64,000 nt of DNA, taken from assembly GCA_024137785.1 (NCBI GenBank), contig JAHRHZ010000061.1, positions 1,762,066-1,826,065 on the forward strand. The letters are read 5' to 3'. How positions within the stretch are numbered: position 1 is the stretch's first letter; each line of letters starts with the position of its first letter. Made by a program: the position numbers and the translations under genes. Source of the DNA: Ginglymostoma cirratum (taxonomy: Eukaryota). Below, in pieces: positions 1 to 12,370 of this stretch. A model generated the notes under the pieces. It made no database searches and had not been told where the DNA came from. It was given only the letters and a program-made list of their open reading frames with translations.

Positions 1-329
1 ATTGAGGATATGGGGATGGCATGAGAAAATGGCATTGAAATTGATGATTAGCTACAATTTAGAATGGAAGGACTTTGCAGCTGCTACTGACAGCAATAAA
101 AAGCTACCATTCCACAACATTTGGATAACTGTTGGAAAATTAAGCACAATAGGTTTGTGGCTAGACTTATCAATTTGCACTGAAAAGTGACTTTGAATCA
201 GTATACCTATTGTGCAATAATGAAATATTTGTTAACGTAAATTTATGATGTTCTAACTTGGTGTTTTCACAAATGCCGTCAATTCTGCAATGCAAAATGT
301 CTGTTTAAATCTATTTCTCTGGGTACCCT

Positions 330-710
330 TTTTCTTTATTCTTGAATGGGTTGCTGACATTGTTGGCAAGACCAGCTCTTGTGGCCTATCCCTAATTGCC
401 TTTGAAGTAATTGGTGTAATGAGTTATTTCCAAGGGTAATTAAGAGTTGGCCACATTACAGTGGTTCTGGAGTCACAAGCAAATCAGCTGGCATTAAGAT
501 GGTAGATTTCTTTGCATACAGGACATTAATGAAGCAGTGGGTATTTACAATAATCTGTAATAACAAGCATGGGGCTGGATGAACACAGCAGGTCAAGCAG
601 CATCATAGGAGCAGGAAAACTTGACGTTTCGGGCCTAAACCCTTCTTGTGTTATGGTCATCATTACTGAGACTAGCTTTCATTTCCATATTTTATTTAAA
701 TAATTGAACA
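330..710 (-). mobile_element. SINE family B copy with a mini-Penelope insert (560..647)
   Basis: Similar to 6700..7045 and 54470..54855. Confidence 0.65.
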
Positions 711-1702
711 GATGTGGTTGCAGGCTGTTCTGTGAACGGGGTGGTCTTCCATGGGGGTGGACATGCTTTGTAGCCATATTTTAATTTTCTAAAGCAAATA
801 TCTTTTCAGAGGACACTTCAGTTTAGCTGGAGATTCCTTTGTGGCCCCCTCTGACAGTGCAGCTACTGTGAAAATCAGTAGCGAAAGGAATCCATCCTTG
901 TGACAGTCAAAGAAGTGACCAATTGGGAGACTGACTCACTTCCAGAAAATCACCCTCGTGATTATTACTGCCAAGTGCCTGGTTGGAATCTAGAAATGGA
1001 CCATTGGGAGTAGAATTTTTTGATGATATCTGGCAAATTTAGTTTTGAAAAATTTAAATGAATCAGCATCTTCATTTTGGGGGCAAGTTCCAGATTTTCA
1101 CCACCCATTGCTAAGAAGATGCTCTAGGATTTCGCACCAAATTACCCAATTCTGATTATAACTTAATGCTTTATATCCCGTTCTCCAGTTGGGATCTGAC
1201 CAAAGGTGCAAGTTAAAGGAAAAATATTGGTCCCTGATCGGTGTTATTCTGATGTCTTTCTCTGATGCAAAGTAAATAACTTTACCTATAAAAACATGCC
1301 ACAAGCAGAGTTTATACACACAATAAACTTAATTTGAAGTTCACAAACTTGATACTTCAAAATTTTCTGTCTTTTTTTTCTTTCTGTATTCAGAATTTTC
1401 ACAATTAATTTTATTTGATATTTCAGTAAGGTGCAATCCCGAGTAACTACACAGTCTGTTATGTAGTATGGACAACATGGGCCTTTTCTATGATAGGCAA
1501 TTAATTTTAAAGCATGAAGCATGCCTGTAATACAATGCAGCCAGAGACCATTTGGTCTTTCAGGGATATGTATCCAAGAGTTCACTGATGAAGACAGAAA
1601 TGGAGGCTATATTTAAATTGGTGCTATAATAATTCAATATCGTGATGAACCTTAAGATTCTTATAAAAATGTATAAGCTCATGCCAATTTTCTCTCCCTC
1701 AG

Positions 1703-1930
1703 ATTCTTGAATTGCTACTTGCCTTCTGTTCAGTGAGCAGCCTTAAGCGAATATTGTGTCATGCAATGTTTGAAACCTCTTCTGAGCAAAGAATTACAGT
1801 AGCAAGCCTCACATCACACGTTAAACCATCCGAACCAATTGTTACTCTTATCCATTGGTCAAGTCAACCACTAGAGAACACTGAGAAATGTTCATCGCTG
1901 GCTCTAGTTCTACTGAAGGAGCTATTTGAG
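1703..1930 (+). CDS. CIP2A: CIP2A internal exon (ILELLLAFCSVSS...LKELFE), ARM-repeat region
   Basis: Acceptor ctcag at 1702, donor gtatag at 1931, phase 0-0. Matches recalled human VLELLLAFCSVTQL...[23 protein letters not shown]. Confidence 0.95.
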
Positions 1931-2818
1931 GTATAGAATTTTTGGATATACCTAAATGTATAGTTAAAAGGGGAAGGAAGAGCTATTTAAAATAAACTTG
2001 TAATGGGCGATGACCAGTAAATTATACATTGTGTTGGATGGTAGATATTTCATTATTCTAAGTAAGGATATATTCCATTAAAAATGACTGAGAAGAGTGA
2101 ACTGTTAATTAAGGATGGCGTCATATTGGAAGAAAAGACTCTCATTTCTATGAAGGTGAAAGGTTGATCAGAAGATTGAGAACGTTTTCTCAAACAAGCA
2201 AAGAATGGTTAAAGATACTTGCTCCGTTTGGCCTACTTCATTCCTTAGCAACAAATCTAGTATTGCCTCCCTCCTTCCTTGGTCCACCATACTGATCAAG
2301 GAAATTCTCCTGAATATTTTTCTGGAATTCTTTCTCCACTTTTCCTATTAGTCAATCATTATCCTAATAAATATTTGGGTAGTTAAAGTCCCCTAGTTTC
2401 ACCACGCAGTGATTTCCCTGCAAATTTACTCTAGTGAACTAATTACTTCAATTTGATTCTGTCTTTTATCACTATAATTCTTTTCATCATGTTGCATTTA
2501 CCTCACCCTTTTTGTTTGTTTTTTAAGCTTTTTGTTCAAGTTACTTGACTGGAAAGGGAAACTTCAGCAGGTGCAATTAAATATTATGATTTTAGTCTTG
2601 GTGATAAAGAAGTTCATGACCTTTTTGCACATATTCTTGGGTGTGAAGTAGTGGGGATAGTGTTTAGATATTTTCAACTAGAGAGTTGAAAGTGGAGAAA
2701 GTAACCAGACTTTCTTTATATTTCAGAATGACTCTGGAATGATGAGCAGTTTATAAAAATTTATCCCAAGCTTAGTTTAATTCTGTGAATAAGCCTTATT
2801 GTCTGTAACACTATCCAG

Positions 2819-2978
2819 GAAATGATGGATTGCACGCTTTGGACTACAGTTGCACCATTTATGGAGCTGCTTTTCCCTGTTTTAATGGAGCAATTACAGA
2901 CGCCGAATCATGCTCCGGAGGACGCATTAACAAAAAAATATTATGATAGAGTTGCAAAAATTCTTGACATTCTCTTAG
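2819..2978 (+). CDS. CIP2A: CIP2A exon (EMMDCTLWTTVAPFMELLFPVLMEQLQ...KILDILL)
   Basis: Acceptor atccag; ends in phase 1 at the U12 donor ATATCCTTT. Aligns to human DVIDAANC...[20 protein letters not shown]. Confidence 0.92.
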
Positions 2979-4450
2979 ATATCCTTTTTTGATAAAATAC
3001 AATTATGTGAAGTGTGAACACTTAAATATGAAGTGTCAGAATTGAAAATTCCAAACTGTCTCTCACTTTTGTTTCATTCATTTCTGGTAATTGAAATTTG
3101 CCCTTATTGATTAAATGTACATTATGAATGGTTTTCAGTCTGAGGAATTTCAACATTGAGATTTTCATCAATTCCTGATGAATGATAATATTCATTCTTC
3201 CAGTTCCTCTTTACAAGTAAATAAGCTTCCGTACTGTGATTGAGGGCTGAAAAGATGTGATCATTTATTTGAATGAGTTCATATGTGTATGTATGAAAAC
3301 ACAATGTTGTTTAATTTGTTGCTTTCTAGTTGAAGGATACAGCCATGTGTTCTGGACCAGACCAGACCACCTCAAAATATACTAAGAAGGTAGCCTAGAC
3401 CCTAACTCGTTCTTATTTTAAAGGTAAATGTGAGCTGCTGTGTTCCAGATGCAATTGATTAGTCAAACTACTCGATGTTAAGCAAAACACAATTTATTCA
3501 AACACTATAGTTAAAGTACTACAAAAGAAAGAGGAACTTGGGATAACTTAACTCTACTGGAAAACTTAACAGAATAATAGATTATTTTACTGCTAAGCAG
3601 TAACTCTTCCAACATAGTAATATCCCATAAGCACGTCCTTGGTAAAAGTCAAATTCAACAAACAGTGTTGTCTCACATGTGACTCCGGCAGCTCAGGGGG
3701 GAAAGCATCCAGAGAAAACTCAGTGTAGCAACTGGGAGAGATTCACTGCCTTTCAACCCTGCTGAGACCCCAGCAACAACTGCTGCTGAAAAAAACTAAA
3801 AAGCCCGGTTCTGAGAGAGCTTGACCCCACCCATTCAGGCTGCCTCAATTCCCAACGTTTGAAAAAACAAACTCTAAGGCCTCATAAGCTGTTTACTCTA
3901 GTAGAATGGTTTTAGTAGACTGCTCGGCACCTCTACCTTAAAAACTCTCTTCAAAAAAAAAGGACAAAAGACCTTCTTAAAAGCCACATCGTTGTCACAA
4001 ATTGAAGACTTAAGTTATAGATTTTTAGGTTCCATCAGTTGTAGTGCACACCTTGAGTATGTTCCTTTGTTTTAACCTTTTGTATCAATTGGCATATTGT
4101 GCTGTTGTGTGTCTCACCTTTATAATTAAGCTTGACTATTCTCTTGAGTTATGCGTGTTGGAAACAGTTACTTCAGAACTTAGCTAAGTGCTCATAAAGA
4201 ATCTTGTATGGAAAATAATCAAGTTCATTAGGGTTGAATAACAGCTTAATTTATTGATTCTAAAACTTAGATATTAGTGGATGACTTATTAAGAATTGCT
4301 TTTTTTGGGATATTACAATTTTGTATTTTTGCCTAAATAGAGAACAAAATGACTTGAGAACCAGTCACAGACTTTACAATTGGAGCATATAAAACATGCA
4401 GTGAGAAAGACGAAAACTAAACGCTGTCCTTTTCCTTAATTACATTTTAC
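2979..4450 (+). other. U12-type (minor spliceosome) AT-AC intron of CIP2A
   Basis: 5' site ATATCCTTT at 2979, branch site TTTCCTTAAT at 4431..4440, terminal AC at 4449..4450. Splicing restores the frame LL-V-LCGDD (human LLTLCGDD). Confidence 0.93.
3346..3999 (-). mobile_element. Solo LTR-like element inside the U12 intron
   Basis: TG...CA ends (tgtgttctgg...gtcaca), about 650 bp, minus-strand AATAAA. No clean TSD seen. Confidence 0.55.
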
Positions 4451-4592
4451 TGCTGTGTGGAGATGATACAGTGAAGTTGCAGGTTGCGAAGGTACTCACA
4501 GCCAGAAACTGTGTCTCGATTCTGGAATATCAATTCACGTACAATAGAATGGAAATTGGTTACAGGAGCAATATTGCAGATGTGGAGCTATG
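4451..4592 (+). CDS. CIP2A: CIP2A exon (LCGDDTVKLQVAKVLTARNCVSILEYQFTY...ADVEL)
   Basis: Follows the AC acceptor; donor gtaagt at 4593. Matches human [20 protein letters not shown]...QFTYG. Confidence 0.94.
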
Positions 4593-5756
4593 GTAAGTTG
4601 TGGGAATGTCTTGCAAAATTTTTTTTTGCTAAAACGCAACCAACATGTTAAAAGATGAAATACTATAACTATTTTAAGTAAATACTCGTAAAAGTGTACA
4701 ATGCTTTAATACAGAGATATTTGTAAACCATTTTAAATATAACCAGAAATAATTTCTCCTTAAGAATGGTGGCTATGAGCACATTTTAATTCATTTATAT
4801 TTTTACTCACAGGCACTAATTGAGCAATTTGTAGGAGTGGTTGGAGTGAGATTTCTTAACCATCTAAAAGTTTGACATGGCACAACAAGGAAAGATATTC
4901 CATTTTCTACATGCTGGTCATGCATCATTTATTAAATACAAAAATTGAAAAAGTATAAGTAGAATTAGTGCTATATTTTTAAATGGAAGGATTTATTAGT
5001 TAACTGTATTGACTTTAAAATCTTCAATTAAATGGCTTTACCACAAACTTTCAACAGTCTTTTACAGCTCTATCATCCTGTTTCATATGCTGTGGCGTTT
5101 TATAAATCTCCAGAATCAACCTGAGCAATGATGAATAGTGTTGAACTGCCCAGTTCTGAATTTTCAGCATTCCTTGTCAAAAGCCCTCCCAGAAAAGTGT
5201 TTTCTAGCTGCACAGGGGTAGGTAGCCAGAAGAGACAGATTTAACGTGACTTTCATTTTGTGCTGGAACAAAGTAGCTTGGAAAGCTGGTAGAAACTGAT
5301 TCTGTAGTTAGTTTCAAATTCAAAATTAGCTAATGCTTGATTCGAAAAGCCATTGTAGGACTGTGGAGAAACCAGTGGTATGGGATTAATTGAATTGCTC
5401 TACCAAGGAACCAGCACAGTAATGATGGCTGAATGGCCACCTCATGTCCTGTATTGTTCACGTTCTCAGAAATGGCATTTGTTGGATAACCGAAAGGTAA
5501 TAGAGCAATTAATCTTGCTGTCTGCTTTTAAAAAAAAAAGTTTAGATGATAGAGGTGTGAATTGCCAAAGAGTGAGTTTGTTATTAGGTAGAGGAAATAC
5601 ATATGAAACTTCATTGAATACTCCTTTGTTTATGTTTACTCGAAATGTACATTGAAGTTAACTTATGGCCAAATTATATAACTCTCTCTAGAATTAGCTT
5701 GAAACTGACATTTTTCTAAACATGTTTGTTTCCTTCCTCCTACTGTACCTTGACAG

Positions 5757-5856
5757 TAAAATAGGTGCAGATGTTGTCTTGAAGACTCTTAGCCTTATGA
5801 ACAGACACAAGCAGTTGGTACCAAACATGGAAGCCAGCTTTTATAAGATTTTGCAG
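5757..5856 (+). CDS. CIP2A: CIP2A exon ([15 protein letters not shown]...FYKILQ)
   Basis: gacag/gtaaaa boundaries, phase 2-0. Matches human KLAADVILKTLDLINK...SFYKILQ. Confidence 0.95.
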
Positions 5857-5944
5857 GTAAAACTGTGACTGAAAAGTTAAATTTTTTATTTCTACTTTTA
5901 CAATCAATACCTTCACTCTATTAAGGATTAGTCTGGAGCTATGC

Positions 5945-6550
5945 GTACTGATGACCAGGGATGTGCCTCAAGGATCGGTGCTGATTCCGTGTTTTTTTTT
6001 TTGGTCATTCATATAAATGATTTGAATATGAATATAGGAGGAATGGTTAGTAAGTTGGAAAATGACACAGAAATTGGTATGTAGTGGACAGTGAAGAAGG
6101 TTATCTGAGTACAATGAGACCTTGATCAGATGGGCCAAGGTGTGGCAAATGGAGTTAATTTAGATAAATGTGAGCTATTGCATTTTGGTAAGGCAAATCC
6201 GGGCAGGGCTTATATAGTTGATAGGGTTCTGGGGAGTGTTACCGATCAAAGGGACCTTGGAATGCAGTTTCATAGTTCCTTGAAGGTGGAGACAGGGTAG
6301 TTTAGAAGGCGTTTGATATGCTTGCCTTCATTGGTCAGTGCATTGCGTATAGGAGTTGGGATGTCATGTTACAGCTGTACAGGACATTGGCTAGGCCACT
6401 TTTGGAACACTGCATTCAATTCTGGTCTCCCTGCTATAACCAGGGATGTTAAACTTGAAAGGGTATAGAAAAGATTTACAAGGATGCTGCCAGGGTTGGA
6501 GGGCCTGAGCTATAGGGAGAGGCTGAATAGGCTGAGGCTAATTTCCCTGC
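5945..6550 (+). mobile_element. CR1 LINE RT C-terminal fragment, degraded
   Basis: GVPQGSV-like and RPLLEHCIQFWSP / RFTRMLPGLEGLSYRERL motifs. Confidence 0.85.
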
Positions 6551-7470
6551 AACTTCACAAGCCCACAGCCACTCGACGACAAATACTCTCATGGATTAAA
6601 GATCCCATTCCCACAACATGCAGAACCAACATGGTTCACAAAATACCATGTAACAACTGCCACAAACATTACAACAGACAGTTAGGAAGGAAACTATCCT
6701 TATTTTTTCTTTATTCATTCATGGGATGAGGGCGTCACTGGCCATGCAGCATTTATTGCCAATCCCTAACTGCCTAGAAGGCAGTTAAGAGTCAACGACA
6801 TTGTTGTGGGTCTGGAGTCACATGTAGGCAGTTTCCTTCCCTAAAGGACATGAGTGAACCAGATGGGTTTTTCCAACATTTGATAATGGATTCATCGTCA
6901 TCAGTACATTCTTAATTCTAGATATTTTACTGAATTCAAATTGCACCATCTGCCGTGGCAGGATTTGAACCCAGGTCCCCAGAACACTATCTGGGTCTCT
7001 GGATTAATACTGCAGCGATTAATACCACTAGGCTGTTGCCTCCCCATTGGAATATATGAACGTCAGCCAGCAGCAAAACGGCATGACGGACTCTCCTTAA
7101 TATCGGTACACTCAGACAATGAAGGCCATCAGTTTAACTGGGACAAGGTAACCATTGTAGCCCAAGTCAAATATAGACACACACCGGAATTACTAGAAGC
7201 ATGGTTCTCCACCCGTAATGCAATCAACAAACATATGGAATTGGTCCCCGTATACAAACCCATACAGATCAAAACCGGCAATGACACTACTCACCGTAAC
7301 AGACCAGACAGTATAAATTCCAAGCGGAGTAGAATAACATCGCTTCATTGGAGGCTGCACTGATGACGTCACCTAGCTTGTTGACGCAATGTCTGAATGA
7401 AAGCAAGCCAGCTCAGTGAGCTAGTCAATAACCTCACCCCAACCCGAGCTACAGATCTTTGCCAAAACTT
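6550..7470 (+). mobile_element. Penelope-like element 3' fragment (GIY-YIG remnant plus pLTR), interrupted by a SINE
   Basis: NMVHKIPCNNCHKHY and GHQFNWDKVTI...LLEAWFS...INKH are PLE endonuclease motifs. A degenerate hammerhead lies at 7360..7395. Confidence 0.8.
6700..7045 (-). mobile_element. tRNA-derived SINE family B (shares its 3' tail with a CR1/L2-like LINE)
   Basis: Reverse-strand tail ggcaataaatgctg...cccatgaatgaataa and a B-box-like gggttcaaatcc. Other copies at ~330..710, 45300..45690 and 54470..54855. Confidence 0.75.
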
Positions 7471-8179
7471 TAAAGGTACCGAATAGGCTTACCAAATGTT
7501 GGAAACCAGGTAGCTGGAGGACCTGTGGACTCTGGGAATTTATGGAGGCAGAAATGGTATTTGTAAGAAGCCAGAGCAAGTGGAATAGTGTATTAATGGG
7601 AAATATAGAGATAAGAAAGCTTATAGAAATTGTATGGCAAAATCATGACCACAAGCAACAGGGCAGGTACAACCGTGGCTCTTTAATGAATTAGACTGAA
7701 AATTCCTCAGAGGCTTTACTATGTCTGAACCCTTACAAATTAATATTTAATTCAAAGCAAAATCATGTACACAAAGTAAAAGAATGATGAAATTATAAAA
7801 GAGTAAAATAAAAGAAAGTTTATTTTCAATTTTAATTCCAACTGTACCAAGAAACCTGAGAAACGTAAGTTCAGTCCCAATAAGGCTGTTTAACAATAAA
7901 TAAAACTAACCATATTGTTAATTATTAATTCATTCCTTAATGGATAAATCCTAATATTTTCTGGCATGTTTAGTAATTACAAGGTAAACTGGTTACAAGG
8001 TTGTCAGCACTCACTTGTTATGGATTAAATCAGACAACTTCTGGTGTCCAAACACACACATCCAAATGGAAAATGAGAAAGTTGTTTAATTTCCCCCTCT
8101 ACTTTTTAAAAAAAAAACTCACTCAATCAGTATGTTTCTGGCGATGCAAACATTCAAACATACAAACATATGAAGGATA

Positions 8180-9440
8180 CAAGGTTGAAGTAATTGGCTG
8201 CACCCACAAAATTAGAGCTTTTGGGGTTGGGAGTAATTAACTTGATTTGAGGATTGAATAGTAGGAAATTATAGGAATAATCTCAGTGTTTAGGTTGGTC
8301 CTGCAATGAATTCTCCTTGCCCCTCAGCTTTGTGTATTAAGCTTCATATTATTTCTAAAGTGCTATGACACAAATAATTTTAATTTGTACTTCATAGCAA
8401 CATACTTAGATCAAAAGAAGCCTTAGATTCCTCAAATGAGGCCAGATAGTTGACCACTTTATCTCTGAGAGCTCTTTTGTTAATTAGTTTGACAAGGTTT
8501 TTGGACTGGGAGAAATTTTTTGTAGTGAAGATCACCAGGTGTCAGTGTTGAGACACTTGATTTCCCCCTGATATATATCAATGACCTAGTTCCTGGTGAA
8601 CTAGTCACAATTAGCAGATTATGTGAAACTTGTGAAGAGGATAGTGTAGAACTTCGAAAGGACAGATTGAACTGCAGGCAAAGTGGCAAATGAAGTTTAG
8701 TGTGGAGAAATGTGATATGATTTATTTCGATAGGAAAAACATGGAGAGATAATATAAAATGAAGGGTACAACTCTAAATGATGTACAGGAGCTGAGACGC
8801 CTTTCTGTATGTGTAAGTCATTGAAGACGATACCACGGGTTGAAAAGAGTGTTAAGAAATCATTACTTATCTGAGGCTATATCATGAGGAAGAAAGTTAT
8901 GTTGAATTTGAGTAATGTGAGAGTTTGGCTTCAGCTAGAATATTCTATCCAGCTTTGGGTGCGACACTTTAGGAATAATCTGAAGACTTTCAAGACAGTG
9001 CAGGAAAGATTCATAAGATTCATTCCAGAGGTGAAGAACTTCCATTTGAGAAAGGAATTGGAGAAATTGAGACTATTTTCCTTGGAGAGGAGAAGCTGAC
9101 AGGAGCTATTCAAAGACATGAGGATATTGGTAGAGTCTGTAGAGAGAAACTCTTTCCTCCGAGTAAAAAGAATGAAAGTAATTTAAAGTAATTGAGAAAA
9201 GCAACGTGAGGAAACTTTGTGTAACATTTGATTTAAGCTCTGGAATGCACTGCCTGAAATCGGTAGAAGCATCTTAAATTAGAGTATTCAAAAGGGCTTT
9301 AGTTTGTTATCTGAAAATCAAGAATATGGAGGGTCACAAGGAGACAGTGAGGAAATGGCAATAGATTAATTTCTCATTTGGAAGGCAGATACAGACACGA
9401 TGGGCCGAATGACCATCTCCTGTGCTGTAATAATCTGATC
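8180..9440 (+). mobile_element. Degraded CR1 LINE 3' fragment
   Basis: QLEYSIQLW...QERFIRFIPEVK...LFSLERR, plus a CR1-type 3' UTR (atgggccgaatg). Confidence 0.8.
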
Positions 9441-9708
9441 TGTGACTTATTTCCAGCATTAATCTATTTCTATTTCACTTTGAATCTCTTCAATATTTTC
9501 CTAGTGAGCCATCTGCTGTGATAATTCTTATACGTGTTGACCACCCCACCTTTGTAAAGAAATTCTTTGTAAATTGTTTATTATATATAGTTTTCATAAT
9601 CCTGAATTTTTGCCATCTTATTTTTGCCTTTTCAAGAGGAAAAAGAGACAATTGTAAATTTTAACAACTAAGCTTTATGGTTATGCAGTTTTTAAAATAC
9701 TTTTGCAG

Positions 9709-9827
9709 GATCAACGACTTGCTTCATTTTTGTCATTTGCTTTGACATCCGAAAACAGAGAGCAAGTACAGTTTGCATTAAAGATCCTGTTTGAGGCAGC
9801 ACCTTTGCCTGATTTTCCTGCTATAAT
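9709..9827 (+). CDS. CIP2A: CIP2A exon ([39 protein letters not shown])
   Basis: tttgcag/gtaagt boundaries. Matches human [21 protein letters not shown]...[10 protein letters not shown]. Confidence 0.96.
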
Positions 9828-10139
9828 GTAAGTGTTACAAGTGTTGTTTGTGTAGTGCGATCTCCATGACCATGCACCATCAGTTTGATAGCCAATGCAA
9901 ATTAATAAAAACATATACTGTAGACTTCAGTTGCATTTTACAAGACATCACTACAGCTAAAATATAGGGCACAGGAATGGCATACAAAGGTAAGGGGTGG
10001 ATTCTCCTGACACTGAAGGATAAGTGTTGAGAAAGTAAGGGTAAAATAATGATTTCAGTCTTATGAAAAGTCAGTTTTCGTAACTGATTGCAAATACTGT
10101 ATGTGTTTGAGGGATGGATTTAGGCATTGACTTTGAGTG

Positions 10140-10740
10140 AGTCAGGCTTGCCCTGAGTGAGCACTGATGAGCGAACACTTTACAAGAAGCTCAATGTTGG
10201 GATTTTCTTTCCTGGCATCTGATTGCAAATAGACTTCAGACAGTGAATATGGAGTGCTTCCGTTTGCTTTGTTTGATGCTAATAGGTTGTCAAAATCTCT
10301 TGCCCTTAAATAATGAACCACTGCCTGGTAGACTTTGACTTTTGATCTGGGACAACTTGTGCTCTTTCCATAGTGTGTGAATAAGCCCTGTCAGATGCTG
10401 AGCTTGAGTTTACCAGGCGATGGTGGGTTTCATCATCCTTAATAGTATTATTGGAGAGGATGCTTCCAAGATAGTAAAGTTCTGTACTGAATATAGGGGT
10501 CTGTTGTTGACCATGACTGGAGTTGAAGTTTGTGGTCATAAGTAGATTTTTACGAGACCTCTGACTCTTCAGACTTATTGTCAGGCAACAGTGCTGGAAG
10601 CTAGGATAAAGTGATCAACAAGCGGCAGTGGGAGCACAGTCATCGGCAAATCAGAGTTCACTGAATGGCTGTTCAGTAATCTTAGTGCAAGCTTTCAGCA
10701 TTTGCAATTTGAGTTTGCTGTCCCCTGAATTGAATATCTA
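10140..10740 (-). mobile_element. RTE-clade (BovB-like) LINE RT fragment
   Basis: Minus strand encodes EL*FADDCA and YLGSILSNNTIKDDETHHRL, typical of RTE RT. Confidence 0.7.
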
Positions 10741-10784
10741 CTCCTGCGTCAAGATCTTTTTTTTTAGGGATTAGTGCATAGGGA

Positions 10785-11550
10785 AACATAAGACCATAAG
10801 AAATAGGAACAGGAGTAGGCTGTTCAGCCTCTTGAGCCTGCTCCGCCATTCAATAGGATCATGGTTTATCCAACATTGCTCACGTCCACTTTCCTACCCT
10901 CTGCCCATAACGCCTTTGATTCCCCTACTGATCAAGAATATCGATCTGACCCTTAAATATACACAAGAACTCTGCCCTTACAGCTCTCTGTAGTAAGGTT
11001 TTTCAGAGAGACTCAACCCTCTGACAGAAGAAATCCCTCCTCATCTCAGTCTTAAATTGGCAGCCCTTTATTCTGAGACTATACCCTCTGGTCCTAGACC
11101 ATCCTATGGGGGGAAGCATCCTCTCAGCATTTACCCTGTCAACCCCTTTAAAAATCCTATGTTTTTCACTGAGATAAACACTCATTTTCTTAACTCCAGT
11201 GAGTTGAGTCCCAACCTGTGTAGCCTTTGCTCATAAGGCAATTCCTCTATACCAGGGATCACCTAGAGATCCTTCTCTTAATTGCTTCAAATAAAATAAC
11301 ATCTTTGCTCAAATAAGGGGAGCAAAACTTCTCACAGTACTCTAGATGTGTTCTCACTAGCACCTTGTACCATTGTAGTACAACTTTCCTGCTCTTATAC
11401 TGTAACCCCTGTTGCAATAAGAGCCAACATTCCATTAGTCTTTGATTACTAGCAGTATTCTGTTTTGTGCAGAAGTACCCCCAAGCCCCTGTGTGTTGCA
11501 GTTTTGTGCAATTTTTCTGTATTTAAATAACATGTTCTTTTGTTCCCCTT
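10785..11550 (-). mobile_element. CR1 LINE 3' fragment
   Basis: RTRGYSLRIKGCQFKTEMRRDFF; tail tcttatggtcttatg. Confidence 0.85.
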
Positions 11551-12370
11551 TCTTTTTCCAACTTTAATGCATGTAGCTAACAAAATAAGATCCTTCAGAT
11601 CAGCAAGTTAAGCTTAACAGCTCAACTTGGCTATTACATGATTGGTGAAATTTAGCTACGATTCCAACCAACAGTGTCTGTCCCTGGAAGTGACAAGATT
11701 CAATCCTTGTGCAGTGTTGTTCTTAGAAGTTCTGCTGCTGAGTTATTCCGGTATTGAATTCTTATGCAATTTTCACGTTTCAAGTTTGTGATGTGACATT
11801 ATTGATCCTTTAGATTTTTATGTCCAATGTTGATTCCACTTCTGAAGTCCTCAAGTCTGTAGCTTGCCTTCTTATCAGAGGTAGCTCCCCTGATCCTTGT
11901 TACATTCAGTGTTGGCTGTCTGTTTGAAACAGCCTGTTCTACAAGTTACCCCTTTTACTTCTGTAGGCAGTCTTAATTTCCCATTTGTCATGAGGCAGTA
12001 GGTTATCAAGCAACCTTACCTCCTCTGTCCCAGGACCCAGCTTGTTTATGCCTCTTTAGCCATCCCTGGGAAGAAGGTGTCAATCAGCATATTGCTTTTA
12101 AAAACCTTTTATGACAGTCTCTCCTTGTCCCTTTCATCTCTGGAAACGATTTATTCAAAAGTCATTGCTGATTCTTTCATTCCATGAAGTTATTAAAGTT
12201 CTGAAGTTTATAGTATCTCAATACTCCATTTACCCACTTACTTAACCTATCAATGTCTCTCTGTAAAACTGTTTATATCCCCAGACAACTTGCCTTTCCA
12301 CCTATTTTTGTGGCATCTGCCAATTTAGCTAAAGTACATTCATTTCTATCCTCCAAGTCATTAATATATG

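Noticed and set aside
1931-2818. Second U12 intron (donor GTATAG)
   Set aside because: It lacks the ATCCTT donor extension and a good branch consensus; treated as U2.
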